From assembly GCA_029953675.1 (NCBI GenBank), contig JAMWBK010000003.1, positions 2,480,001 to 2,544,000 of the forward strand: a DNA stretch of 64,000 nt, written 5' to 3'. Positions 13,190-27,227 of this stretch are shown here, piece by piece. Numbering within the stretch: the first letter of the stretch is position 1; every line of letters starts with the position of its first letter. Under the pieces are notes generated by a model. The model worked only from the letters and a program-made list of their open reading frames with translations, was not told the origin of the DNA and did no database searches. This stretch comes from Rhodosorus marinus CCMP1338 (taxonomy: Eukaryota > Plantae > Rhodophyta). The position numbers and the translations under genes were made by a program.

Positions 13190-14071
13190 TCAAGTGCCCT
13201 CAAATACATCAATGGTATACTTCAGAGCATCTGACATGTCTTCTTGATCTTCCATTTGCCAACTCGAATCCACAGACGGCAGCGGTGTAATGCTTAGTGA
13301 CCGGTCCCCAAGCGACAGCGGAGCCTTCGCGTGCATCTCGACATCTAGAGGACCTCCCAAATCGTTAGCCAAGGAATGCTCAAGCTGCATGGAGAAGAGC
13401 TTCTCTCCAGTTGCCCTCTCAGAATCTCTCACTCCGTTCATCTCCTCAGTGAAGCGATTATACGAGTTCATCTTGCCACTACTGGCCTTGCTAGCTTCCA
13501 CCGTCGGTACATCGAAAGACTCGGAAAAAGACAGACTCGATTCCCGCGTAATCACGCTCATCGGCGGGCCACTGATCGGCGACGTTGTGATATCTTGTTG
13601 TCTTGCGATAGGGTGGGTCATCGTGTTCTTCAAAGTGCAGGGAAGCAATGGTTTCAGATCCAAGGTCCGCAAGTTCGGTGTACTCTGAGTCTGTCTCCTC
13701 GGCTCATTCAATGACGTTTCGGCCGGGTTGGGGTTATGATATCGCAAGTGGTTGATCAGCGAAGATCTCCACTTGAATTTCAAACTGCATCCTTCAAAGC
13801 TACACTCAAAGGGTGTCTCACCCGTGTGACTGCGCTGATGAATCTTCAAATTGTATCGCTTTTTAAACTGCTTATGGCAATCAGAGCACTCATATGTCTT
13901 CGGGCTCTTCGCCTCCGGCTTCACTATACCCAAATCCCCTCGCACTTTCTTAGTCGGGGTGGTAACCTTCTCCGCTTCCCCGATGGAACTCATCGCTAAT
14001 GCATTATTCTCCTCCTTCCCCACAAACAGATCATTCACAGCCGCCTCAAAAACTGACGCTTCCACCTTCAT
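13190..14071 (-). CDS. C2H2 zinc-finger protein (2 fingers), intronless; first ATG at 14071 (the ORF track starts at GTG 14089)
   Basis: YECSDCHKQFKKRYNLKIHQRSH-TGETPF-ECSFEGCSLKFKWRSSLINHLRYH within a 299-codon ORF. Confidence 0.92.
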   Translation of the reverse strand: MKVEASVFEAAVNDLFVGKEENNALAMSSIGEAEKVTTPTKKVRGDLGIVKPEAKSPKTYECSDCHKQFKKRYNLKIHQRSHTGETPFECSFEGCSLKFKWRSSLINHLRYHNPNPAETSLNEPRRQTQSTPNLRTLDLKPLLPCTLKNTMTHPIARQQDITTSPISGPPMSVITRESSLSFSESFDVPTVEASKASSGKMNSYNRFTEEMNGVRDSERATGEKLFSMQLEHSLANDLGGPLDVEMHAKAPLSLGDRSLSITPLPSVDSSWQMEDQEDMSDALKYTIDVFEGT

Positions 14072-15399
14072 GTCAAAAAGTTTGTTCACCTAATTCATTC
14101 CCATCGTCAACCCGCCAACTCTCCCACAAAAACAACAACAACAATACACAGCACTAAGTCCGTTATATCTCACCTTACAACTTACGATCATCAGCTCTTT
14201 TTATCCAAACTCCAACAACGCCGGGATAGATTCCTGCTCCTCGCGCACCTTACCTTGTGAGCAACGTGAGCTTGCTTACCAAAAAAAGTATTAGTACCAC
14301 TCTGCCACGGTTCACAGTATCCAAAATTTCCCCTTTTGGAACCAACCAAAAGGACATGAGAAAGAAAAAATATAGGAGAAAGATTTGAGGGGGGGGCGAG
14401 GAGGGGGGGGGTGGGGTGGTCTGAGAGAGGCTTTATCCATTATCGGTGATGGGGGTTGGGGGTTCTAAAAAGTAACCATCATCTAAAACCCCATCAGCAA
14501 CCGTTTATTCAGAGCCTAACTACCCTCAGACGCAGCCAGTAAATCGTCATTCGTAACCTCCTAAGGTGTATATTTACTGCACAAGAAAAATAACGATTTC
14601 ACACGTGCCGTCATCAATCAATCTAAACGAACCCCCAAACTCCATTTGATCCAAAACTCTACCCCCTCCTCTTTTTTTTTATAAGGGGACTCCCATCTAT
14701 TCACCACATCGAAACCCACCGGGAAAGAGGAAGGGGGTAGGGGTGACCGAATACATATTTGTTGGAACGGACGCCCTACAAGGGAGCGCGTAGTGAGGCC
14801 CTTCCGCGCTGGAGAAACCCTGACTTTGGCTAAATCATCTCCACGATTCCGGAGGCAGATAGAAACTCAAGGGGGATGATATTAGACTTGCTTCTTTGGC
14901 AAAATACTTACATAGTTCAACGGAACCCCCTTCTTGGAAGATTGAAGAATGGCATTCTTTCCGGTCTTGTTCTTACCCGGAACCAACCCCCCCCTCCCCC
15001 GGGGTAGAAAGAGCCCCACGATTCAACAATGCCAAGACTGAAAATTGAGCATTGAGAAGTTTCTTCAATAGTCATATGAAACTACCATTAATTTTCACTA
15101 CATTTTGCTGAAGCCCAAGTGTCCCGTAGCAAGGATGGCAAAAGAAGGGCAAAAGAAACAGTATAGCGTGGTCGCCGGAAAAGAAGGAGGATTCTATAGC
15201 AATATATGCAATCGCCCCTGAGGTTATAAACCCACCCACCCGTGGCCATGAATGTTTTTTTTTTTTTGCTCCTCAAAAAACCAGAGGTATATGGAGCAGA
15301 AAGCTGAAAAAAACAACAAAGTAGGGTACAAGCGAAATGGTCCTTAGCTTCCTTTTTTTTTTCGGCAGATCGTCTCTACAAAAAACTGAAAACTTCAAA

Positions 15400-15510
15400 A
15401 GAAAAGTTGCTTGCATGGGCTCTCCGGGATTTTGCGTATTGCGCCTATGACTCGCACCGCCTCAGACACTTAAGGAAACCCCGCTCACCTTATCATAGGC
15501 GGTATGAGAG
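15400..15510 (+). mobile_element. Short gypsy RNase H remnant
   Basis: LAWALRDFAYCAYDSHRLRHL (cf. LAIVWALxHFRxYL..TDHxxLxxL). Confidence 0.35.
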
Positions 15511-16419
15511 CACGTTTACATGTGGTTTCCCTAGATCTTCCCTAAGAAAGCACCGCTTCTTGATGGTTTTACCCCCACTAGGCCACCACCCATTACCGGC
15601 CCGGGATGGGGCCCCGCCCCAATTGCTCTAACAGGCATTTCTAGTGTTAGACCCAGAGGGCGGAAATTCTTTTTTTTGGTTGAGCGTTCGTTCAACTTCG
15701 TTGTCCGAGAAAACTGGAGGTGCTCAACTTAATTATTTGTTTTGTTTTTTCCTCAATCTACGAGTTTGGATAAGCCCAAGGACTTGATTGGATTGTTGAT
15801 CACTTTTAGCTATAATAAAAATAGAATGGCGCGCTTTCGCAAGACCTCCTTGGCTGTATCGCAGCCACCGATATTGTTCCAATTGGCCATTAATCCGATC
15901 GCTCTTTTGTTTTATGGAAAACAATGTATAATGCTCTGGACATGCGCAAGCCCCATATAATTTACGAATAAAGTTCAGAAGTCGCCGAGTCGTGGTCGAC
16001 CAACAGTGAGCTGCATCCTGCGGCCGAACTGAAATATCTGATTCGTTGAAAAATGAAGAACCATTCTATGCTCGGCTCTCGCGTGACTAAAGCCTTCCCC
16101 CCCGACCCCCGCTCCCCTCTCTGTCAAGCAGTTCTCCTTCTGGACGGGGGAAAGCAAGCAGAATGATTCCTATGAATCGTCCCAAGGTTGAAAATTTTTG
16201 GCTCAGAAGAGGAATGAAACCATTCAGTACCTTTCCCCCTTCACATAATTATTCGTTTTTTATGAAAGTCTGGAATCCTTGAAGCGATGAGAGCTCAGAG
16301 CCCCCAATCGCCTAGTGGTCAGCAACGAAGATTGGCTTATCTTATTCATACGAGTTCGAAAATCTACCACAATTCAGATAAAAATGGAAACCCCATATAC
16401 TTTAGGTTTCCAATTAGAC

Positions 16420-16640
16420 AATGTCTCATGATGCAAAATTCAGTTCTTCAAAAACTGAAGTAAAAACCGTTAACAGCCACTCCTTAGGCGAGAAATCAGA
16501 AAAAATTGTTTCTTTTTGGAAAAATTGGCCTGGGAAGCGTCAACTCGTTAAAGCTCCAACCCAATCAAAGTCAAAAAATCTATTCATGGCTTTTCGTGAA
16601 GCTTCTTCGGACTGTCACTGGTTTAGCACTATCCAATGAA
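16420..16640 (+). mobile_element. Short gypsy RT C-terminal remnant
   Basis: AKFSSSKTEVK..EKIVSFWKNWPGKRQL (cf. KCEFxxTEVKYLG..KVxAIxNWPxPxxxKQL). Confidence 0.3.
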
Positions 16641-17199
16641 ATAGCACAACAGGATTTAAAGCGTGTTCCTAGGACACGGTGAAATATTTAGTTGGAATAC
16701 GGCCCTTTCATTGGTTTGTTCATATATGCATAAAAAGAAATAAAATACTTAAATAAATCTGCCCCAAAGGGTGGTAAAATCCCATTGTCAGCCAAAAGCA
16801 AGGGATGGGGAAGCCATTCCCCCTCGCAGACCGAGTAGGGGCTCTGGAACATACTATTGTCAGCCGTAAGTACGCCACGTTAATTCTCTCGGCAATATAC
16901 AAGTAAAAACTGGACTTTTTTTCTCCATGAAACGATTGCTTGTAACGATAGATCGCATTGAAAAATTTGTTCAAATGAGAAAAAAAATTTCGCTTTCCGT
17001 TGCGCCCAAATGGAATATATCCTGGAGAGGTGCGTTTTTGCGAAAATTCCCCCCCAGCTTATAGAGATGAGTTTTCGTCGCCAACACTCAAATTGCCTGA
17101 GTCCCTACCCCATCAGTTGCGAGTTAGTACCCTAAGAGTCAATCAAATAACCGATTTATGTTGACTGAGGAAGATTGCTGACGAATCCCCCTTGGTTGC

Positions 17200-19000
17200 T
17201 AGAGAATAGCTCGTGCGGATGCGATGTCTATGCAAAAAAAAAAATCGTTAACCCTGAAAAGCGTTCACTCCTCCTACAAGTAACATGGGCCTCCTGCTGT
17301 CGCAAAAGACTTACATTCAAGCTTCGATTTAGGATGCGAAAATATGGGCCGTTTGGCAGATCCAATACGTGCACTTCTATTGGTTGCCCAGGTCCTGCTA
17401 GGATGGGGATCAATTTTTCCCAATGCTCCCCGATTCCTTGTCGATGCACGCACTCAGAAACGGCTGTTGTTGTGCTTGCTTTTCACACTTCGGACTACTT
17501 CGGAAAACGAAATTGCCAAAAGACACTGAGGGTGAGGAATGGTTCTGGTAGCCACATGGTACAACACGGTAGTACGAGAAAATACGAATAGTTTTGAAAA
17601 TTGTACTTGAAAACAAAAACCAGGATTAATTTTATGAATCCCCCTCCCCCCCTTCTCTCTCTCCTAGAGATCGAAGTCAATTCACAACCCCGTCTCAACG
17701 TGCTTTTAGTTTTTCCGAGTCAGTTGGCGACTTTTGGCGAGAGGCAAAACCAAAAAATCACGAAGGGTATTAAATGCCGGCACGCATTGATGCCTAGGAC
17801 AACTTAATGCGCGTTTCTTGATGTCAGGAACTAATCTGTGTTGTGTTTTGACGATTTCTGGGATGGGTACGTGGTGACAGCTTCTGTACTAGAATTTCTG
17901 AAGTCTTCCGAAAGTGAAGCTTCTTGTGACGACCGTTGAAGTCAACACCCCCAAAAACTGCATTTGGTAATACATGCGATCTCGGCTTTTCTAGTTGGAA
18001 CCAGCTCTTGGCACTCTAGCATTCTTGGCAAGGGTGTCCTGTGTGCCTGCCGTGCGTGGTTGGCTCCCTGGGGATTTATTCCTTAAACCTCGTCGTGCCT
18101 TCGGAAACGCTAAATAGGAGAGGACTTCCTGCAATGCATGCAGCACCTGCTCGATGCAGGAATAGATGCTTGATTTCTTGGGAAATATTTCCTGTACTAG
18201 TCAGTGAGTCCGATGAGAAAAAAGTTCAAGATAATCTAACCTCCTTGATTTTCATTTTCGCGAAGATTTGTGAGTTTTTTGTTGGGAGTTACATCGGAAA
18301 TTCTGTTATCTGGAATTGTGAAGTCTTTTGATTCTTGCAATCCAAGCAAAAAAATTTTCCTGCCCTGCTTGCTTGATTGAGGGATGATGCACGAAATATC
18401 TCGCACATGCTCGTTTTGTGTGTCTCCGGGGGTTCCGATGTCATCTAGGTCTCCTCCCTCAAGAGGGTGAGCGCTAGCGTTGAGCTTTCTTGCTCTGAGC
18501 AAGTAGAACGTAGGTTGTTGGAATTGCCCTTCACGACAAAGGCCATGTCTGAGAAGACAAAACAGATTTTGCATGTTGGAAAGTCTGTAGCTCCCCCATG
18601 ATTACTGAATGACGTAGCGGAACCATTGTGCTGCGCTTGTGGAGGCACATTATTGGCTTTTTCTCAGTCCAAGCCTCGACAGCTTCAAGCCTGTGGCTCC
18701 GAAACAGCTGATTTTAGAGAAATCATTATCATGTTTACTTGCCATAATCATCATCATCATCCTCAACTACCTCCGTCTCGAGGAAAACAACATCTGGTTG
18801 GGGATAGTACCCTAAACCGAAACGAACTCCCCCACCATTGAGGGCAACTTGGAGCGGGATATAAGCCATATCACCCTGTCCTGGTATCATCACATACTCG
18901 GCACATATGGCATGCAGAGTTTCGCACTGACCATGACCTGATAGGGATCAAGAACAACCTTGGGACTGGGGTGACAAAACACAAGCACTTCGACGCTTAG
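17200..19000 (-). mobile_element. Decayed, internally deleted gypsy element (RT plus integrase C-terminus with a GPY/F-type region)
   Basis: RT: HGLCREGQFQQ..GDLDDIGTPGDTQNEHVRDI (cf. FGLxNAPxxFQ..YLDDILI..TxEEH). Integrase end: FSYYRVV..SPSVSFG and EKLIPILAGP..VHVLDLP..NVSLLRQ (cf. KLxPRxxGP..YxLDLP..FHVSLLK). Confidence 0.55.
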
Positions 19001-20899
19001 ATTGTAGACCCTACATTCCAGGGGTATATACCAAGGGCAAAGGGCAAAGGGCAAAACGGCTGTTGATTCAGATGAGTGTATGCAAGGAGCCAACGATCGT
19101 CCTAAAGAAGAGGCCCCCCATCTCTCCTCAACAGCTGCTACAAGCCCTTCCCCCCCCCCCCCTGCGCGGGAGCCCAACTTCGTCTCCGTCCGTGTAAAGC
19201 GCTTTCCGCTTTCTGAATACAAAAAACTAATACAAAAAAACAATGACAACCCTCAGGGGCTCAATCTACTCGAAACATCCCGTTGGGCAACCTCGTCAGC
19301 GCCGGTGAATCCAATCCCTCATTGAACTCTGCGTTTTCTCCAACCCATAAACTAACCAGTTCCCTTGTACCCATAAAACCCCTCCCCCCCTTCCCCCCTC
19401 TCCCAGAATCAAAAAAAGAAATCCCGAAAACTTGTTTTTTTAAGATAAAAACTTAATTTTACACGAAAATGAATGAGAATAACTCAAGTGTTTCGTCGGA
19501 TAAAGGGTGCGAGTTGTTTTTGGGGTCGAAGGAAGACTAACTATTTTGAGTCCCGATGGTTGTCAAAAAACAAATTACTATTTTATTCTATATTTTCACC
19601 GTGTTTAAGGGGATACGCAATCAAATCTCGAAAAATAATAATTTTCTTTTCTTTTCTAATTGTGTTTGTTTGTTTTCGGTTAATTTAATGCTTTCCCCAC
19701 CCAAACCCCCTCCCACACGGAGGGGGCCCAGCCGCTGTCTATCATCAAGTTTCCCTGATGATCAGCTTTTCAGCTTTTCTTTTGGAAATGGCTACCACTA
19801 TGAGATGGGGCGGCGGGTGGGAGGGGGGGTGGGGAGGGGGTTGGTGTTGAGTTGGGTTATGTGAATGTTAAATTTTTATCAGATGTTGGCCTTTTGTTCG
19901 AATGCGTTAAAAGTGCTTCAAGTTTCTCATCTTTTCTTGTCGCTCCGGTGCCCTGGAAATTTCTGGGTACCGAACCTGAGAGCAGTTTCTCTTCTCATTT
20001 ATTAACGGAAGGAACGTAGAGGAGGGCATGACACAAGGCCTCTCTCCCGAAATATATGCACTAGAAGAGAAGCATTTTCACTCTCTGCCCTTCACAGCTC
20101 CCCCACCACCACCACCACCCACCCCCTTATCCAGCTGGGTTAAGATGAAGAAACGTCTCTCGTGTGGGGGGAGGGGGAGAGGTGCCTGAAGGCGGATTTC
20201 ATCGTCCTCTTGAGGCGTGGCAAATTTTGTTTCCCTTAAACCGGCGGAACCATGAAAGCTTCTTCAAGCGAAAGTTTCGCCACCTTTCCATACGTACGTG
20301 CAAGAAACCTCGGCGCCACTGGGCGTTTGAGAGATCGGGGGAGGCAGTTATGGAGTACTGGTGAGAGAGGGGGGGAGGGAGCAGAATTGAAGGGCTGGCC
20401 TGCAGCCCTGCTCTGGAACTGGGAGTGGAAAACCCATGGACGGGGGACATTTAAGTCCAGGTTCAGACTAAGATGAACTGGGAGGTGAGAGGTTGAGAAA
20501 ATCTCCTCGATGCCCGCCATGTCCGATCACGCAAAAGAAAATTTTGGGGGCGCAGCGGAGGACAGTTCCAAACCCCCTACCCCCCCACACTAGACCTCTT
20601 CTCGATCTGGGAGTGATGATAGAGAGTACTGCTCAGCGTTTCTTCTACGAATTCTTTTCCAAGTCGACCACGCGGTCATTGAATGCCAGCGCTCATTATA
20701 CAGCCCGGACAACCAATCCCTCTTCTCCCAATACGTAGAGCACGTTCAGCAAGCGTGGGATTCCGCCAAAGCGGACTTTTGCCCTGTACTCTGGAATCGT
20801 AGCAGTTGAAACGCCATAATCAGAAGTCGTTGCTCGCAAGGAAGCTAAGGGTCTTGAGGTTTGAGGAAGCCCTACCCAACCCACCGTCATCGAGATATT

Positions 20900-23800
20900 A
20901 GTTTCTGTCTGCCTAGCGTTGATCAGACTCAGCGAAGGGTACGTAACAATCTATACGTATTTGCCGTGTAATTTTCCCCGTAGCAATTAGAACACCAGAA
21001 ATAGTCGCTCGCAAACAAGCCAACGTTCTGAGATTCGAAGAGGCTCTATACAGCCGACGCCATCGTCGGTCTTAGCTGCTGGCTGGCAACAGCAGAATCG
21101 ATTGGATTTAGTCAATCCAAATTATTGGCCGCGTAGCTGCTTTGATAGATATGACAATGATTTCCGTGCCAACAGACAGCCGTCGCGTTGGTTTTCATGG
21201 GTATGAAGAACCCGAGCGAAAATCCAGGTAGTCGCAGGAGGCGTTACAATAGGGTCCCCGGAACGTCAGAGAAGCTTCTTCGGAGCGAGCTCGACTTCAA
21301 GTGTCCGCGAATCGTTCATTAAGATGGCTAAGACTAGAGCGGTAGAAGCGCTTAATAGACCTTGACTGATGAAAACTTGATCCGCGGCGCTTGGTAAGAT
21401 TTAAGATTGGGACCCTTTCGAGAATCCGCTGGCAAATGCTTTTGGTCACTTCATTGTACCCACAAAGCTAGAAGAAATTTTGTGAAGCACGGATTACGAA
21501 CCACACCGCTTCGACGCCGGAGTTCTTGGCACTGGGAATGAACCCGTAAGCACCAACATTGGGGGAAGTCGGCTCGTCTGCGCAGAGACATTCACAGAAG
21601 CCATTTTAGAGAAATCAGCCGTTTTGGTGGGTTAAAGCTGTTGAGGCTTGGACTGAGACAAGTCACTTCACCTGCCTCCAGAAGAGCAGCAACCTGCGTT
21701 ACGTCCTTCGTTTCAGCTTCCACGATTGCATTTCAACAGGGTTGGGAAGAAGGCGAAGGTATGTAATGCTTGGCGTTTACCCGGTTCGGGCTCGAATTGC
21801 GGTGCGGTTTGCGGTTGCAGCGGGATCGTCAAGGTTCTTGAGGGTAGCCCATTTCCAGTTCTCAACGGATTTCGTACTTTTCAAATGGAGACGGTGTATA
21901 AGCAAACGAATCACCGGTCCAGGAGGGGCACAGACCGCAGCTCCTCCTTTCTCGAACACGTGTAGGTGACCCAAAACTTTATCACAAATGCGCGTTGATA
22001 GCTATTTGCAGCCCAAGTCGTTGTTCAAACTATTCTTCATTGGTCCGTTGATGTGCGCATCAACGAACGACCATGAAACGGCGTGTTCTTGGAGAACACG
22101 ATGAGTTCTGTAGAGCTTGCTGAGGGATACACTATCTCCAGACTGTGTGGCCGTGTTTTCTTCCGAGGACGACAGCACCACCGCAGGAGCAGCGTGCTAA
22201 GCCGACGAATGTTTCCATCTTGGATCCATCTCGGAGGCATAGTGAATGGTAGAGAAACGACTTGATTGCATCTGATCAAGGACAATGATTCCAGACGCCT
22301 GGAAAGGACCACATCCTTGAGCAATATAGCATAGTCTCACGGTTCGACACGCAAGCATTAAGGGGATTGTACGGAACTGATTGAAAGTACAGAACACCCA
22401 AAGCGAAACGAAAGGCGATCCTTTCCCTACCCGCGAATGTTCAAGCACCACTTCCAGCCAGGAATTCAACTGTCTTCAACGATTCGATTTGGCTCGATCA
22501 AGAAAATCGCAAGCAGCAGTTTCCAATCTAAGCAAATAGAAACTGTTCCCCAGAAGCCTCCATCTACAACTTCTTGAAGACCTAGTGAGCCTCAAAACGA
22601 AAATGTTCCAACGCCTTCAGGATCCAGCCCAGTGCCAAACTTCCAATTTCCACAGCGCGGCCCCCGGCTCACGCTGATCTCCACACGTTGGAGAAAACCC
22701 TCCTGGTACCTCTCGCTATTGAAATATCTGGGTTACGTGGATCGCATGTTAAGCATTTATCCGAATGCTTTACTACCAGAGACCTACCATCCTCCGCACC
22801 CCAGGGCTTCAGTTATTTGGTCTGCTCCACCAGTGAACCACGTTTCTTCGTGCTTACTGAGCCCGCAGTGCGTTTTCAGCAGGCGGCAGGTGCCCTTAAT
22901 ATGATACGGTTACTTCTTAGTCTCACACCCACCTTCCGCGCTGATCAATGTGATCCATTTCCACCAAAGAAGAAGAAGCTTTTCCAAAATATTCTAAATC
23001 GATCCAAAAAAATCCTCCACAACATCCCGATTTCCAGGACAGTCTGTCATTTCGCCAGCTAAATTTGACACGTTCTTCAGGACGTAACAATATTGACACG
23101 TCCAAGGTGGCCACCTGGAAGGCTTTGTGGTAACCCAACACCGAGCTAGAGTCCTAACACTTTGGTTGCTTGAAGGTTTTGGTTTGTGGAAGGCTTTGTT
23201 TGCTGGAAGGATGAGACGTCCACACATATATGGAACAAATTAATAGAGAAGAGTTACGAGAGTTTTGAGAAATGCTTGATTTTTGCCCTACAGAAAATGT
23301 CGTGTTCTGATACGAAATTTCGCTCTGTTTTTCGTAATTACTGAACAGGGAATTCGCGATCGGAGCCGTGAGGGTCGGGAGTAGTCGCATGGAGGGGGGA
23401 TGGAAGTAGACTCCACTAATAGATTTCGGAATATTAGTATCAACCACAGACCTGTGGCCACACTAAAAGGTAGCTAGAACAAGTAGAAAAGGTAAGGAGC
23501 CCCGTTCCCTCAACGGGGATGGTAGATAGTAATCTACTTTTCTGAGTGCGTGGACTAAAAAAAGGGAGTAATCCTCTGTGGAGACGAGGTATCGCTGGGC
23601 TTAGATCTGAGAGAACCTCTTTAGTAGTTGTTTCTGGAGGCGATTGGATCTGATTCTCACTTTTCCAGTTCTCGTGGCATTGGCATTGAGTTCCGGGAGA
23701 GCGTTCCGGATCCGCTCCGGGTGAGTTTCGTTTGCAAGCGCAGAAGGGTTGGTGGGCTGGCTTGGTCAAAGCTTTGTGGGTTGAGCAAGGTGAGTATTGG

Positions 23801-25000
23801 AATGGGAAAGTGGGAAATGCGGTGTCGGAGACAAGCATGAATGAAGCCTCCCACTGTGTCAAGCCATGCGTCGGGAAAATCTGACGGTACGGAAATGGAG
23901 TGGCCACCAATACTTGCTTGGATCGCTCTTTGCCATCTCGTTTTCGTAGATATTGCCCGAAGCGGGTGAAGTTTTCCTAGTGGACCGTTCCTTTCGTGCT
24001 TGGGAGCGACCCTGACTTCAACTCCCACACTAAAAGGCGAGTTTTTATAAGGATTCAACGGTGGACTTCTTGTCCTCTTTGACAGGTTTTTAGGGTCTGT
24101 GCAATAGCCTTCGTCATTGGCATACGCCTTCCAGCACGTTTTCAGATAGTGCTACGATGAACGGATTAGCAGGGTGCCATAGAGGGCGCGGGAAACAAGA
24201 TGCAGAATCTCGGGCTCGTCCTACTCCGCCAAGTGCGATGGAATGATTCCACCCAACAGTGTTTAACAATCCTCTGCGTCGTACCTTTCAAAAAGTGGCT
24301 GACTAGAGCTTTATTGGAGCACTCGCGGGAACGTTATGTAGCGCTGACACCACGAAACGACTCGAGTCGTAACTGGTGAGTTAAAACGGCATCGAGAAGG
24401 CACACGAAAAACTTTGTTTAGTCGCGTTCGGCTTGAGAGTCCCACAGCTACAGGGACGAGCTGCAAGCACACCTCCGCAAGTTGCATCTACGCGATGTTC
24501 AACTGGAACCTGAGCAGCCTTTTTTACGCAAAGTCAAATGCGTCCGTGAATCGGGCTGGGATATCACCCGAACAATATGTCGTTGGTTTATAGCCCTGTC
24601 TCCCCGACCCGAAAGAACATGCTCCGCGCAGCTAGATCTTCTGGGTACGCGAGGGAGCGAGCTGTAGCTATGAACCGTTTACACTACGGAGACGATCCAG
24701 GAGATTCAACTGATTTTATTTTGTCCCCTCTATTGCGGCGGCATTTGCTTGACTCGGGAAAGCGGTCATCGATCTTCCTACTAAAGTCACTTGGCATCGT
24801 GAGTGTAAGGACAGCCGCTGGGTTTGGTGAGGGCTGGGCTTAGTCGGATGCTATGGTGCGGTAGTGCTAAGTCGACGGAGGGCTACCATCCCCGTCGAGG
24901 GAAGGGGACTCCTGACCTTTTCTATTTGTTACACCACGGCGCGCGATTCTTCGGCTCAGCGCTTAGGGGTATTTGCATTCCCACGTTTTAGCTTTTTTTT
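20900..25000 (+). mobile_element. Decayed gypsy pol (RT-RNase H-integrase order)
   Basis: LLKYLGYV at about 22710; KKKLFQNILNR; SDSHF..VSFVCKRRR (integrase zinc region); LRHWHTPSSTFSDSA (cf. RLHGIPSSIVSDRD); SYSAKCDGM (cf. AYHPQTDGQ). The 5' boundary is uncertain. Confidence 0.5.
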
Positions 25001-25759
25001 CAGCCCTCTTTCTCCTAACCTCGCCAACTAATCGCTTCAAACCACTGCCTTCCGCAGGGAAAATCCTGTTTCTACCTTCAACGCAGGCCACTCTTTTTTT
25101 CTAGTCAGAAAGGATGTTTCAGATTTATTTTTTTCCTCTGCGGCTCTCTTTCTGTTACTTGGGTTTACACTGGCCGATTCAGTGAAACATTGAAAACGAC
25201 TCAAAATCTTCAATGATGGACACCGGTCGATAAACGTCGGCATGCAGGTGTTTGTCAGTGGTTAGTCTCAAAATCGACGTGAACGACCCCGAAAACGAGG
25301 TGAAAAAACCCCAATCACGCGGAATGTTGATTGACGGTTCAAGTCCAGCATCTGGAAACAGCTCCAGAACGCCGGTACAGGGCCATTGTTGCTCTCAGCT
25401 CTGCTGTTCGATCCGTGACTTTGAGGCTAGCTTTTTCGACGTCCAACTGTCCTAGGACGATCGTTGTCGATGCAAGCCAGGTAGCTTAACTCATTGACGG
25501 GTAGCCCAGTAAAGCTTACGGTAACAAGGGAGGGGGAAAGTGGGACCCTTGGCCATTGGACCGCCGCCGCATTCGTCCGATGTCGCCAGTGCAAAGGAGA
25601 AAGGTTCTCTCTACGGCATCGAACCCTGCCGACCTACTATGACCTCAAAGTTTTTTAGCAGATACAGGGTAATTGACCAACACTGGGCTCGACTCCCATT
25701 TCACAATGGTTTGACCACTTACGGTGGTCTAGATTGCTTTAATTTCCACAAGATTTAAT

Positions 25760-26100
25760 TATGCTAGGGAAGATCCAGAACATCTTCAGAAGAATAGTAG
25801 AACGCGCTTCAACCCTCGAACTTTCGGGAAAACGGAGCAGTCCCGAATAGCCGCATATTATTTAAGACTCTGACCGTCAAGGGGACCTGAGCAGAATTGA
25901 CGCCACTGCTGAAAAGCAACTTGAAAAACGACTTGAGCATGTCCCAATCAGACAACGTATGTATGTGGTATCCGGACAAACGATGATGAGTGATCTCCCG
26001 GGCATCGTTGATTGTGCCTCCAGGATTCTTGCATCAATGTTTAACTGAACTAGAATGTTGCGTGTGCAGACCAACAACCTGAGTAGAGAAGGTTTTTGTT
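25760..26100 (+). mobile_element. Decayed copia-like gag remnant related to the 32800-33161 gag
   Basis: LTVKG and RIDATAEKQ, split across frames, match SLTVKGL..NPIDATEAEKQ in the other copy. Confidence 0.45.
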
Positions 26101-27227
26101 GTCCAATAAGTTGAAATTTCTACGACTAGAAAACAACCCTCGACTTCTCTGTTAGGCATAACGCGCTGTTAGAAGCGGCGTCGTCGCAACGCATATGTAC
26201 TCCGTCCCCTTGCGCTCGGGTTTCATGGATAAAAAGGCGTGAATTATCCTTCAATTTCTTCTAACAAGCCAAAAAAATTAGAAAAGCGGAACCGTGTCTC
26301 TGGACCCCGATGGCTGAGGTTGGAAGGAACCTTCGGCACGTCCAAAACAAGCTGTAAACTGATGAACGCGAAAAAAAAAACAACTGTCCATAGCGGTGAT
26401 CGTACCCACTCAATCCGTAAGAATTCAGCGCTATAACCCCCATTTCAAATATAAAAACTTTAGTTTTTCTTTTTTGCGATCACCGAAGTCGTACTGACTG
26501 ATCACCAGGCTTTTTCTTCACCACGATGAGCAACTCGCCAAGGATTCAATACGTGCTGGGCGGAGGACAGCTTAGGAGTTTCGGGTGGCTTTTTTGGATT
26601 ATTTTTGATGATCGAGGACAGCAATCCAAAGTGGACGCTGGAGGAATCCCTCATGAAGTTGCAGCAGAAGTAGCACTTTTGTGTGGTGATTTTGGGGTCT
26701 GGGAAGCACAACATAAAATACGAAGCGAGAAAACGTAGATTTTTCGGTTATTTTACAGTATTTCGTAAAAACCGCGGGTTTTCGGAGGGGAGCCTTTTTC
26801 GGAAGAGATTTTTTGGCTCAAATTGCGGAATGATGGCATAGCACTGTGTGCACCCCGCCATCCTTGGTTTTATAGCACCTCCGGACTGGGAGGACTCCCT
26901 CTACCAGCACCTATAAAAAAAGATCGATGTGTTTTCCGCCGTCATTTGTATTTCTTCCAAAGTTGTTTTTGACGTTTCCTCGGGATCATTGAGGAAGCCG
27001 CCGCAGATTTGAGAAAAGCACTCGTATTTAGAAACAAGCGTTTGATCTGGGAGGAGCTGAGTTGTTGCCGAAATCAATGGAAGCACACTTCTGTCGGACC
27101 AGCGAAAGAATCGTTGTCCGAGGCGTTCCTCCGGGCTGGATTGTTTGACTGATTATGTGAAAATGGTACCGAAAACTAGGCGCCTTAGCAGCGCGCACAA
27201 AATCCTCTCTGGCTACGCCTAGTAGTG

